Of a stretch of DNA of 64,000 nt, positions 30,393-39,796 are shown piece by piece. The position numbers and the translations under genes were made by a program. The stretch spans positions 724-64,723 of the forward strand of contig CBINOT010000001.1 in the NCBI GenBank assembly GCA_966252355.1. The letters are read 5' to 3'. The notes below the pieces were generated by a model, which was not told the origin of the DNA, did no database searches, and was given only the letters and a program-made list of their open reading frames with translations. Every line of letters starts with the position of its first letter. Position 1 is the first letter of the stretch. This DNA is from an uncultured Opitutus sp. (GTDB taxonomy: Bacteria; Verrucomicrobiota; Verrucomicrobiia; Opitutales; Opitutaceae).

Positions 30393-31585
30393 TCACCGGG
30401 CTTTCTCAAAGATGTATTGGTAGAGCGGCGTTAGCCGCTGAATCTCGCGCGTAAAAGCGCCGCTGTGATCGTCCCGACTATCTCCAAATTGATCGGGCAT
30501 TTGGATTGAGCCCTCCCCAATGTTGAAGTCATCCGAGATACTCCCGCCGACGTTCATTCTACCCGTAGCTGCGGTCCGCGATCTCGCGATGAACGCCATC
30601 GACTCGCTAATGTCATCGACGTATCTGATGCGAACGGGGCCGGTGGTAAAATTGGACCAGTCCCAAAGCTGTCCCCCACCCGCTGTGGTCCAGGTGTATT
30701 GGCGCGGGTAAACAGGAACAGCGGTATAAAATGGAGGCTCGGTTACGACGGGATTTGTCAAGTCCTCCGGTTTCCGCAACCGTTGGTTTTTGATCCACCA
30801 GAACAGCGCATAATCGTTGATGTTATACACGCTGAAGAGCGTCGCGTTTACTCCCGTCTCCGCCATTCCGCGATACCCCAACTGGCCGACCGTATCCGGT
30901 GTGGTTTGTGGGTTTTCCAGACTGGCCAATTCAGGCAGCGTCGCGGCTCCTGACTGAAAGGAACTGGCTGATACCGCCGCGTTCATCAACACGACGTTTC
31001 GAGCCGTCATGCCTGGAATCGTTGAGCCGTTCACCGCTTCTCTCGCACGCAGGGCCGACGCAACCACAGCGTTACCCATGCTGTGAGCGATCACGTTGTG
31101 CGCATAGCCTGCGGGCAATCCAGTTTCGACGTAGTTCTTGAGCGCCCACCCATATTTCAGAGCACGGTATTCGTTCAGATTGTAGTGGGCCGGGACGGTG
31201 CCATCCCAAGGTCCAACTAACGTGTCCCAATAAAAGAGCACCAAGCGGCCTTTGTAACCCCGCCACCACAGCCGTTTGAACATAGTATCGGCATGCGACT
31301 TGGATGTTTCATAGGAGATATTCGAGCCAGGCACGAACGCGAGCGCCGCCTTCGCCTCATCTGCCGGAGCAACGAACGGAAAGCCATCGTCTGACGGCTC
31401 TGTGCCGGAGCTGTTCGCGTCAAAGTTGTCTCCCAAGAACGGTGGTTGAATCCCATTCGGATCGTGCGGCGTGACCTTCACTCGCTGATACATCGAGCGG
31501 ATGCTCTTGAGGTCGAACCACACACCCGGGCCTTCGCCGATCGGGTTGCTGTCTTTGTCGAGCAGAACGATTGTGAGTCGCCCCG
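30393..31585 (-). pseudogene. C-terminal alpha/beta-hydrolase (lipase-like, DUF900-type) portion of an IS-disrupted secreted protein; putative toxin domain
   Basis: Nucleophile elbow VIAHSMGN, MFKRLWWRGYKGR, LMNAAV, NDYAL and DDHSG. The frame stays open upstream (GRLTIVLLDKDSNPIGEGPGVWFDLK) up to the IS end at 31586. Confidence 0.8.
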
Positions 31586-32492
31586 TGAGGTGGTCCCCGA
31601 TCGTTAGACAGCGGATCGGGTAAATTAAGTTATGGGAGACAGAGGCGCTTTAGATGCCTTGGCCGACTCCGAGGACAGGAGCGAAGAGCTTGCCGCAGGA
31701 GTCGGCCCGTGGTCGGACGGATTGATTGCGGCATCATTGGTTGACGGCAAGCGCAATGGGCTGCCGGTACACTTCCATCGGTGTTTTCGGGTCGGCGATG
31801 CCGAAGGCGCTGTGCGGCCGCGCTTCGTTATAGAAGCGGAAGAACACTTCGAGGTTCGTATAGGCTTCGATCTGGGAGCGGTAACTCTTCAGGTACACCT
31901 CGTCGTATTTGACGATGCGCCACAGGCGCTCGACAAACACGTTGTCTAGTGCCCGGCCGCGACCGTCCATCGAGATCTTCACGCCACGCGCCAGCAGCGG
32001 CTGGGTAAACTCGGCGGACGTGAACTGGCAGCCTTGGTCCGTGTTGAAGATCTCCGGCACGCTGTGCTCGGCGATCGCTCGTTCGACGGCCTGCACGCAG
32101 AAGCGGGCATCGTTCGTGTTCGACAGCTCCCACGCGAGGACCGCCCGGCTGTACCAGTCGATCACCGCGCAGAGATAGATGAAGCCGCCCTCGATCGGAA
32201 TGTAGGTGATGTCCGTCGCCCAAACCTGGTTCGGTCGGTCAATCACGAGACGACGCAGTAGATACCGGAATACCGGATTTTGTGGGTGTTTGCGGGAGAG
32301 ATTCGGCTTCCGGTAAATCGCCTCCAGGCCCATCTGCTGCATCAGCCGACGCACCCGCTTGCGATTCACCTCGTAGCCCTGTCGCCGCAGCCAGCGCGTC
32401 ATCTGCCGAGAACCGAAGACCGGATACGCCAGATACGTCTCGTCGATGACGCGCATCAGACGCAGGTTCTCCTCCGACTCCGGCTCCGGCGG
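31586..32492 (-). mobile_element. Partial IS3-family element (right end plus orfB; orfA and left end missing)
   Basis: IS3-type terminus TGAGGTGGTCCCCGATCGTTAGACA at 31586. OrfB homology stops at PEPESEENL near 32490. Confidence 0.85.
31734..32492 (-). pseudogene. IS3-family transposase OrfB, N-terminally truncated
   Basis: FGSRQM...VNRKRVRRLM, DDE triad WATDITY / FNTDQGCQF / NVFVERLW. Confidence 0.9.
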
Positions 32493-32755
32493 GCGATCGA
32501 ATGGCCGGGCGCCGCGGACGCTGCATTCCACGACAGCGACGTGAGGTAGGGCTTGTCGGTATTCGCCGTCAGGCCCTCGGGTTTGCTGGGCGGCGGAACC
32601 TGTTTTTCGGGTCCGCGAGGTAGACTGTGCTGGATTACCACGGTCGTGGTTTTGGATCCGCTCGAGGCGGACACGGCCGTGCTCGCAGCGAAAGCGTGGC
32701 CGAGAAGTCCGTGAGTGCCGGCGACGAGGGCAATAGTGAAAAGAATGCGGGTCAT
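32493..32755 (-). pseudogene. N-terminal stub (signal peptide plus start of an FN3-like domain) of a secreted protein, cut by the IS junction
   Basis: ATG 32755 lies 1 nt after the upstream TAA with a GGAGG RBS. MTRILFTIALVAG...AFA signal, then PPPSKPEGLTA...LSWNAAS, then fusion into IS sequence. Confidence 0.7.
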
Positions 32756-32756
32756 T

Positions 32757-35460
32757 TTATTGTCCTCCTGCGATGACAAACACTTTGGCGATGCCATCCG
32801 ATGCGGTCCTGACGGTTATTTCGTCCACCGGCGTTCCACCCGGCGTGGCGGCCAAACGATGTCCTCCCGACTGCGGTCGAAATACGATCGGTGCGTTCGC
32901 GATCGGCCGGCCGGCGCTATCCGTCACCTTCACGGAGATCGATCCGTCGGCGGCAAGTCCGTCCGCGGCATCTCCCAAGGGCGTTATCTGCGGCAGGATT
33001 CCGTTATAAAAATCATTAGGATCCGTGCCCGAGATATAGGCCTGCACCACCGATACGCCATTGCCGGTTGGCGATGCGTCGCGGTTGTTGGCGGCGAGCG
33101 ATAGTTGGTGTGCGATTTCCCACGCATCATCGATGCCATTCGCGTTCAGATCGGCGAACAACGGATTGTCGGCACCGGCGAAGATGTAATCGAGCCGAGT
33201 CGCGGTCGCCGCATCGCCGCGAATCGCGAAGGACGACAGGAAGGTTGCCGAGTTGTCGCGCAGCTTGAGATCGGCCCCGACCATGTTTCCGCCTGCGTAG
33301 AGATCCCAAGTCTTGCGCGCGAAATCGAGGCGCACAGTCAAGCGGGTCCACTCCGGCACTTGGTTGTCGTTGTCGATCGGCGCGGAGAAGGCGGTTGCCT
33401 GCCAACTGCCGCCTCCCGCCCCGTCGCCATTAAAGGCATTCAGCACGCCGCGCGCCCCTTCGCGAGCGAACGCAAACCGTGCTCCTTCGACCTCGAAGGT
33501 CGTAGAATTCGCGACGTCGGTTTCCGCGATCGGTCGCGCAAAAAAGTCGGCGAAAACGACGGTGTGGTCCGCCAGCGGCGCGAAGGTCTGCGCGACGCGC
33601 ACCGGCGGCGTGCCGGGTGCAAGAGCGATGGAATTCGCGCCATTTTTCGCAATATCGGTCACGACAGTGGCGCCGGCGGGCGGCGCGGCGTCCCAGCCGA
33701 GCTGCCCATTCAGGGTTCCGCCGGAGTAGCCTTCCTGCTCCTCGAAGTCGGCGGTATAGGGGAGCGTGGCGAGAATTGCGACCGCCACGCCGGCTGAATC
33801 GGCGTACAAGCCGAGGTTATCGTAACTGCGGACGCTGTAAGTGTACCGGCCCGGCGCCAACGCAGTGCCATCCGTGAACGCATAGACCGGCGGTATGCCC
33901 GTCGGAGCAATCACGGTTCCGAGTAGCGTGGTGCCCCGGTAGAATTCGACTTTGGCGATCGCGCCGTCCGCATCAGTGGTTGTTGCCGTGAGTGTCACGG
34001 CTCCACCGCGGGCAACCGTGAGCGGCGCGGCTACCGCGGCGGTCGGTGGCGTTTCCACCACTACGCGGCGTGGAGGCGAATCTGCGATTGCGCCGCGATT
34101 GTCGATCGCGCGTGCTGTGAACGTGTAGGTCCCCGCGGGCAGGTTGGAAATTGGTAGGCGATAGGGCGCGTTGGCAGATTCGCCGATCTTCGCGCCGTCC
34201 TGATAGAATTCGACTTTTGCGATGGTGCCGTCGGAGTCGCCGGCAGTCGCGGTGAGGGCCAGATTACCCGGCGCCGCTAAGATCGCGTTCGGTGCTGGCG
34301 TCGCAAACGTTACCGTCGGAGGCGCATTGACGATAAAGGTGACGGGCGCGGAGAGCGTCGAGGCGCCGGCGTTGTCGGTCGCTTTTGCCGTGAAGGCATA
34401 CGTCCCCGGCGGCACGTTGGTCCAATTGAAGCGGTAGGGAGGGGCGGCGGCTTCACCGAGCTTCGTGACGCCGGAATAAAACTCGACCATGAGGATGGCA
34501 CCGTCGACGTCGCTTGCGGTCGCGGACAAAGAGATCGCGGAAACAGGAAACGTCGCGATCGTCCTATTTCCCGGCGAGGTCAGCGCTACGGCGGGCCGAG
34601 CATTGATCGCGCGCAACAACCCATTGCCGTTCAACGTCAATTTGTCGGCGGCGGCTCCGCCTATAAGCTGGCTATTGCCATTGACTGTGATGGTTCCGCT
34701 GCCGGCTAAGATATAGCCATATACGGCAATTTTTCCGTTTAGAGTGATATCACCGTTCGATACCCTCAAATGCAGCCACTCGGGATGTTCCGAGGAGCCA
34801 GCGTCTCCATTGAGCGACGTCGTGTTCGCGATTTCGACGACTACGGGGCCGACGACTTGAAGCCGACTTGTACCGTTGAGCGTCAGGTGCTGGAAACGGT
34901 AAACGGCTGGCTCGGACGTACCCGCGACGCCTAGCGTGTACCCGCTCGAGCCGTTCGCCGTAAAATCGCCGTATGTGCCCGGCGGCACCGGCACGAGGCC
35001 GACGTTGCCGTTCAACGTTAGATTCCGCAGTCCGTTGAAGTCGACGTTTGCCTGGCTATTGTTGATCGTGACATTACGCATCCCCGGGGGGCATCGCAGG
35101 GGTGGAAATCGCCGGTATGGTCAGAGCATCCGAGCGATCGATCAGGTGCGCCAGTTTGGCGGTGCCGTTCAGCGTGACTTGGTAGTTAGTCGGCGTTGCG
35201 ACGCCCGATCCGGTGATGGTGCCGCCGAAGCTCGGCTTGCCGTTGAGGCGCACTGCCGGCGTGCCTGGGACCAGCAGGTCGCCGGTGACGATGGCGCCAC
35301 CATTCAGCGTCACCGCTTCGCCGAGCATTTGCTGCACGGAGCCGTCGACGGTGCCCGAAATGTTCGGTGCGTGGCGGACGAGAGTCACTCCGGTTTGGGC
35401 GCACGCGGCGGAGGCGAGCGCGAGACCTAGGGCGGCGGCAAATACACGGCGGGTGTTCAT
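32757..35460 (-). pseudogene. Large secreted Ig-like (Big) domain protein with a +1 frameshift at ~35081-35091
   Basis: Signal peptide MNTRRVFAAALGLALASAACA and TLNG beta-repeats in ORF 35074..35460 continue as RNVTINN...TLNGNVG in ORF 32757..35081. Three Big repeats (DxDGxIxKVEFY...TYxFTA.A.DN.GA), a DLNANGIDDAWE Ca-binding motif and an invasin-like C-terminus. The break is at a C6G4 run on the minus strand. Confidence 0.8.
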
Positions 35461-35648
35461 AGCGGCAGAGGGAGGCGGGCGCGATGCGCCGGCAGCTGGA
35501 GGTTGAAGCGAGGAAGCTGGGGGCTCGTGCACCACAGCCGACGTTCATTTCGCGATCACGCAGCCGACCGAAACGAACCGATACGAACACCAAGCGGGGA
35601 CGGGACTAGAGCCGACGCCCGACGGCGCGGTCAAATGAAAACAAGCAA

Positions 35649-35680
35649 AACACATTTATTTCGGTAAATACGCATGTGTT
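35649..35680. promoter_or_regulatory. AT-rich nested inverted repeat (terminator or protein-binding site) between mini-Clp and the secreted-protein operon
   Basis: AACACAT(35649-55)...ATGTGTT(35674-80) encloses TATTT-CGGT-AAATA. Confidence 0.35.
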
Positions 35681-35774
35681 AGTTTGTCGCGGACACGTGG
35701 CCGCAGCGGTGATAAATCTCCAATGAAACCGCGGCGGTATCTCGAGCGCCTTATATAGCGCATCAGCCAGCCAC

Positions 35775-36707
35775 TCACTGGCCGAGATTCGTACAGATGC
35801 TGAAAATCGCCTCGCACCCGATGACTGGACGAACAGGCCGCGCGATCGCGGGAATAACGTGATGTTTGATCCGAGCGACCGTGGGGAGGTCGAAGGCGTG
35901 TTCGGCGGCGGCGAGGGCGCGTTGGGCGTCTAGTAGCTCGGTCGAGGCAGGGTGGGGCGGTGCGCTAAGGCGGAGCATGGCGCAGGCTTCGTCGAGGAGA
36001 TCGACGGCTTTGTCGGGCAGCCGGCGATTCGGCGCGTGGGCGATCGATTGCTGGATCGCGGCGACGAGGGCATCATCCGTGATCTCGACACCATGGTGCT
36101 GCTCGTACCGCGGGCGCAAGCCGCGCAAGATGACGAGTGCTTGTTCCGGCGAAGGCTCGGCGATTTCCACCGGCTGAAATCGCCGCTCCAGCGCCGGATC
36201 GCGCGAGACCATGTCCTGCCACTCCGCAAGCGTCGATGCGCCCAGGCACGGCAGTTCGCCGCGGGCGAGCAATGGTTTTAAGAGATTTCCCGCGTCGAGT
36301 CCGCCTTCGCTCTTGCCCGCACGCCCTAGCAAATGCAGCTCGTCGATAAACAACAGTCGTCGCGCACCCGGCTTGCGCAGCTCGCCGACCAAATCCTGCA
36401 AGCGCTGCTCGAAATCCCCGCGATAGCCCGTGCCGGCCAAGAGGCTGCCGAGATTCAGCGAGAACAGCGTCACATCCGCCAGGTCGTGCGGAACCTCGCC
36501 GTTGACGATCCGACACGCCAAACCTTCCGCGATGGCGGTCTTCCCCACGCCTGGCTCCCCGAGGAGCACTGGGTTGTTTTTGGTTTTCCGCGCCAGGATG
36601 CGAATGACGCGGGCAATCTCTTGATCGCGACCGTACACGGGGTCCATTTTCCCGGCCCGCGCGCGAGCGGTCAGATCGACGCCAAACTGTTCGAGCGGTG
36701 AAGTCAT
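35775..36707 (-). CDS. Single-ring Clp/Hsp100-like AAA+ ATPase (NBD1 only)
   Basis: LEQFGVDLT...DPVYGRDQEI...KNNPVLLGEPGVGKT, YRGDFEQR, LFIDELH, DPALERRFQ, LPDKAVDLLDEA. No N-domain, short M-domain remnant, no NBD2. Confidence 0.9.
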   Translation of the reverse strand: MTSPLEQFGVDLTARARAGKMDPVYGRDQEIARVIRILARKTKNNPVLLGEPGVGKTAIAEGLACRIVNGEVPHDLADVTLFSLNLGSLLAGTGYRGDFEQRLQDLVGELRKPGARRLLFIDELHLLGRAGKSEGGLDAGNLLKPLLARGELPCLGASTLAEWQDMVSRDPALERRFQPVEIAEPSPEQALVILRGLRPRYEQHHGVEITDDALVAAIQQSIAHAPNRRLPDKAVDLLDEACAMLRLSAPPHPASTELLDAQRALAAAEHAFDLPTVARIKHHVIPAIARPVRPVIGCEAIFSICTNLGQ

Positions 36708-36758
36708 CCGAGTCGGATCTTTATTCGATTCAGAGTCGACGGTGTGCGGAGCCTATCC

Positions 36759-38405
36759 TCACCTCGGAAAGATCGTCTTGGCTTTTGTCTCTTTATCCGG
36801 ATCGCGTAGCGTCATGGGAGGCATGGTCGCTTTCTCCGGCTGATCGACGACACGCGCGATAATATAGGCGACGAGATTGCGCTGATGCACCTCGCGAGAT
36901 TTCGACTTGAAGAGGTAACCCACGATCGGCACGTCGCCCGCCACGGGAACTTTCGTCACACCGTCAACTTCGCCGATGCCCGATAGCCCGCCGAAGGCCA
37001 AGGCCTGGTTTTCTTCGACGTAAGTCGTGTACTCGTATTTTTGCGAGGAAACGACGGGAATGTTGATCGCATTGACCTGGCGGAAACTCTTGAGCGCGCC
37101 GACTTCGATGCGAACCACGAGCCGGATCCGGCGTTTGCCGCCCGCCTCGCCCTCGAAAATCGTGGGCACGACATTGACCGATGTGCCGATACGGCGAATG
37201 GAAACATTCGCGGTCGACGTGCCGAAACCGGCGTTCGGCGCGCCGGGGTACATATTATTCGAGGAAACAAATGGCTCCTCGTCACCGACCGAAAAATATA
37301 CCTCGTGATTATTTGCTGTGACCACGGAGGGGTTCTGCACGAGCCGGCTCTGCTTGTCGCTTTGCAGCGCGTTCATCTGGAGTGCAATGGCGTCCATGGC
37401 GAGTACGGCGCGCTCGCCTTCGGCGGAAATTTTGATCTTCGCGAGATCGATGCGCGGGGTCGACGATCCATCGCCGAGCGACACCCGCGGTTGGAAATTC
37501 TCCGGGTTGATGCCGAGCACCGTCTTCGGGTCCCACGTGGTCTCGAAAAAGCGAGCTTCGATATGCACTTGGCGAGGTGGCTGATCGATCAGCTTGAGGT
37601 ATCCAGCGACGAGGTCGTGCTGGCCCCGCGTGCAGGCGACGTAGAGGCCGTTCACATCGGGAATGTAAATGACCTTGGCATTCGACTTTCCGGATTCCGT
37701 GGATCCCTCGGCCGCCTTGCCTTGCACCGGCCGCTTTTCCTCTTGCTCCGCTGACTTGCTGTCGATCGCGACGCGCGTGGTCGGGAGCCCGATGAGATCA
37801 CGAATGTCGTCGATGATCTTCTGCGTCTGCGCCGAGAATACCATGCCGCCTTCGGTGCCGGCGGCGCCCCCGCCCGACAGATTAGAGACGGCGCCCACGG
37901 CGGAAAAGGCGTTCTGCGACGTTTTATACACGTCGAGATTCGTGTGTTTCAAAGAATAGACTTTTGCCACGAGCGCACCGACCGCTTCGCGGTTGAACTC
38001 CCAAATTCCGTCTCGGTACACCATCGTGAAGCGGTAACGGTCGCTCAATCGATTGAGCAGCCGCCACGGGGTGACTTTCGTGGTCAGGGTAACTCGCTCG
38101 GGAAACTCGTCGGCGGCGGGCGCGATGAAGTTCATGCCACTGGCGGTGGCGATGGTCGTGATCGCGCCGGCGAGCGTGTCGTCCTGGACGGGAATCGGCA
38201 CGGCAGGCAAGCGCTCGAGACGCGCGATCTCTGCGGCCTCGCTGATGACATCGGGCGCGTTGGGATCTTGCGCTGCTAGGATGACGGGGTCCCCAGCCAC
38301 GGACGCGAGTTTATTGCCGAGCAATGTCACAGGAACGTCGGCCCGCGCAAAAGCAACGACGACGGCGAGAACAGCAAAGAGCCGAAGTTTCATTCGATTT
38401 AACAT
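36759..38405 (-). CDS. Secretin (PilQ/GspD family)
   Basis: Signal peptide; LKLIDQPPRQVHIEARFFE; NPSVVTANN; VPVAGDVPIVGYLFKS...RNLVAYI. Confidence 0.92.
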   Translation of the reverse strand: MLNRMKLRLFAVLAVVVAFARADVPVTLLGNKLASVAGDPVILAAQDPNAPDVISEAAEIARLERLPAVPIPVQDDTLAGAITTIATASGMNFIAPAADEFPERVTLTTKVTPWRLLNRLSDRYRFTMVYRDGIWEFNREAVGALVAKVYSLKHTNLDVYKTSQNAFSAVGAVSNLSGGGAAGTEGGMVFSAQTQKIIDDIRDLIGLPTTRVAIDSKSAEQEEKRPVQGKAAEGSTESGKSNAKVIYIPDVNGLYVACTRGQHDLVAGYLKLIDQPPRQVHIEARFFETTWDPKTVLGINPENFQPRVSLGDGSSTPRIDLAKIKISAEGERAVLAMDAIALQMNALQSDKQSRLVQNPSVVTANNHEVYFSVGDEEPFVSSNNMYPGAPNAGFGTSTANVSIRRIGTSVNVVPTIFEGEAGGKRRIRLVVRIEVGALKSFRQVNAINIPVVSSQKYEYTTYVEENQALAFGGLSGIGEVDGVTKVPVAGDVPIVGYLFKSKSREVHQRNLVAYIIARVVDQPEKATMPPMTLRDPDKETKAKTIFPR

Positions 38406-38435
38406 CGCAAATGAGTTTTGGTCGTCAAATCATTT

Positions 38436-39794
38436 TTATCTACGTACCACGGTGTCGATTTGCTGGTGTGCGACGTCGGCGATGAGATTCGGGTAGGGAA
38501 GTACGATCGCCAGGGCTACGATTCCGATGATCAGGCAGCAGAAAACCATCAGCGGCCACCGAATCACATTCGGCAGCACATTGAGCCGGGTCTCGGCGCG
38601 GTCGTTGATCTCTTCGACGATGCGGTTGATGAGCGTCGGCAAGTCGGCGCCTGCCATGCCGACTTCCATCTTTCCCGCGATTCTCAACCCATCTTCGCCG
38701 AGGCGGTGCCGTTCCGCCGTGAACGCTTCCTCCACGGATTCGCCAATCGCGATCCGGGAATAGCACGCTTCGAAAAACTCGCCGACCACGCAATTGCCCG
38801 CCGCCGCCGCCGCCATGGCAAATTGGTCACGCACTTTCGCGCCCGATTGCTTAAGCAGGATAAACGTGGAGAGTGCGCGCACGAGCGCCATCCACTGTAC
38901 AATCGGACCGATTAACCATAGCCGCGTCGAAAGACGTTGAAGCCAACTTGCGCGCAACACCCGTGGGGTGACGACGGCACCAGCCGTTACGGCCAACCCA
39001 AGAAGCGGGAACACGACGGCGGCATGCACACGGAGGAATTCCGCGACACGGTAGAAATGAAGCGTCAATGGCGGCAGCCGTCCCCCTAAGGTGCGGAACA
39101 GCTCGACCATCGGCGGGAGCGCCCAAATTTCCAGGACCATGGCGCCGACCAGGGTCAGCACGATCAAGCTGATAGGGTAGGCCAGCGCGCCAATGAATTT
39201 GCGCCAGATCCGACCATCTTTCTGTAGTCGCTCCGCGAGGGTGACCAGAAGCCCGCCGGCTTTGTCCAGTCCGGTGGCCGCGGCGGCTTCGACCATGGCC
39301 AGCTGCATTGGCGAAAAGACCTTGGGGAAGCAGCGCATCGCGACATGCAGGTCTTCGCCGTGCATCACCATATGGTGCAACCCGCCTATAATGCCGCGCA
39401 TGCGGGGCGATTGGGCGACGCGCGCGGCCATATTGAGCGCGAGGCTCATACCGCCGCCGGTCATTAGCGCGTTACCAACCGTCTCGTAAAAATCGGCGAT
39501 ATCCTGTCGTTGTGGCCACCGGTCGGCCCCAATCGTCTCGGTCGGACGCGTCGTAACCAAACGATAGGCCTCGTCTTTGCTCACACCTGCGCCCGCTAAA
39601 GCGGCTTCGGGATAGGGAGCGTATACCCGCACGCGACGGGGACGGACCGGCGAAGCGATGTTGATCTTCGATGGCCGCCGCGTGACTTCGAACGTATGGA
39701 TCTTCCAGGCGAAGCGGCGCAGATAGTCGGTTTTCGGCTTTGCCGTGACGAAGGGGATGGCAGTCCCGGAGGTAGTTGATGCTTGGCTAGCCAT
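38436..39794 (-). CDS. pilC: Inner-membrane platform protein PilC/GspF
   Basis: Two GspF domains (GEDLHVAMRCFPKVFSPMQLAMVEAA; ALAYPISLIVL) and three TM segments. Confidence 0.88.
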   Translation of the reverse strand: MASQASTTSGTAIPFVTAKPKTDYLRRFAWKIHTFEVTRRPSKINIASPVRPRRVRVYAPYPEAALAGAGVSKDEAYRLVTTRPTETIGADRWPQRQDIADFYETVGNALMTGGGMSLALNMAARVAQSPRMRGIIGGLHHMVMHGEDLHVAMRCFPKVFSPMQLAMVEAAAATGLDKAGGLLVTLAERLQKDGRIWRKFIGALAYPISLIVLTLVGAMVLEIWALPPMVELFRTLGGRLPPLTLHFYRVAEFLRVHAAVVFPLLGLAVTAGAVVTPRVLRASWLQRLSTRLWLIGPIVQWMALVRALSTFILLKQSGAKVRDQFAMAAAAAGNCVVGEFFEACYSRIAIGESVEEAFTAERHRLGEDGLRIAGKMEVGMAGADLPTLINRIVEEINDRAETRLNVLPNVIRWPLMVFCCLIIGIVALAIVLPYPNLIADVAHQQIDTVVRR

Positions 39795-39796
39795 GG

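Noticed and set aside
31570-32510. Target-site duplication and left inverted repeat of the IS3 element
   Set aside because: Not found; the left part of the element is deleted.
30393-35460. RHS/YD-repeat toxin assignment
   Set aside because: No YD repeats or DPxG cleavage motif are visible in the surviving sequence; the deleted middle cannot be assessed.
35775-36707. Calling the Clp ATPase a T6SS ClpV/TssH or housekeeping ClpB
   Set aside because: It has no N-domain or NBD2, and no TssB/C, Hcp or VgrG genes are in the window.
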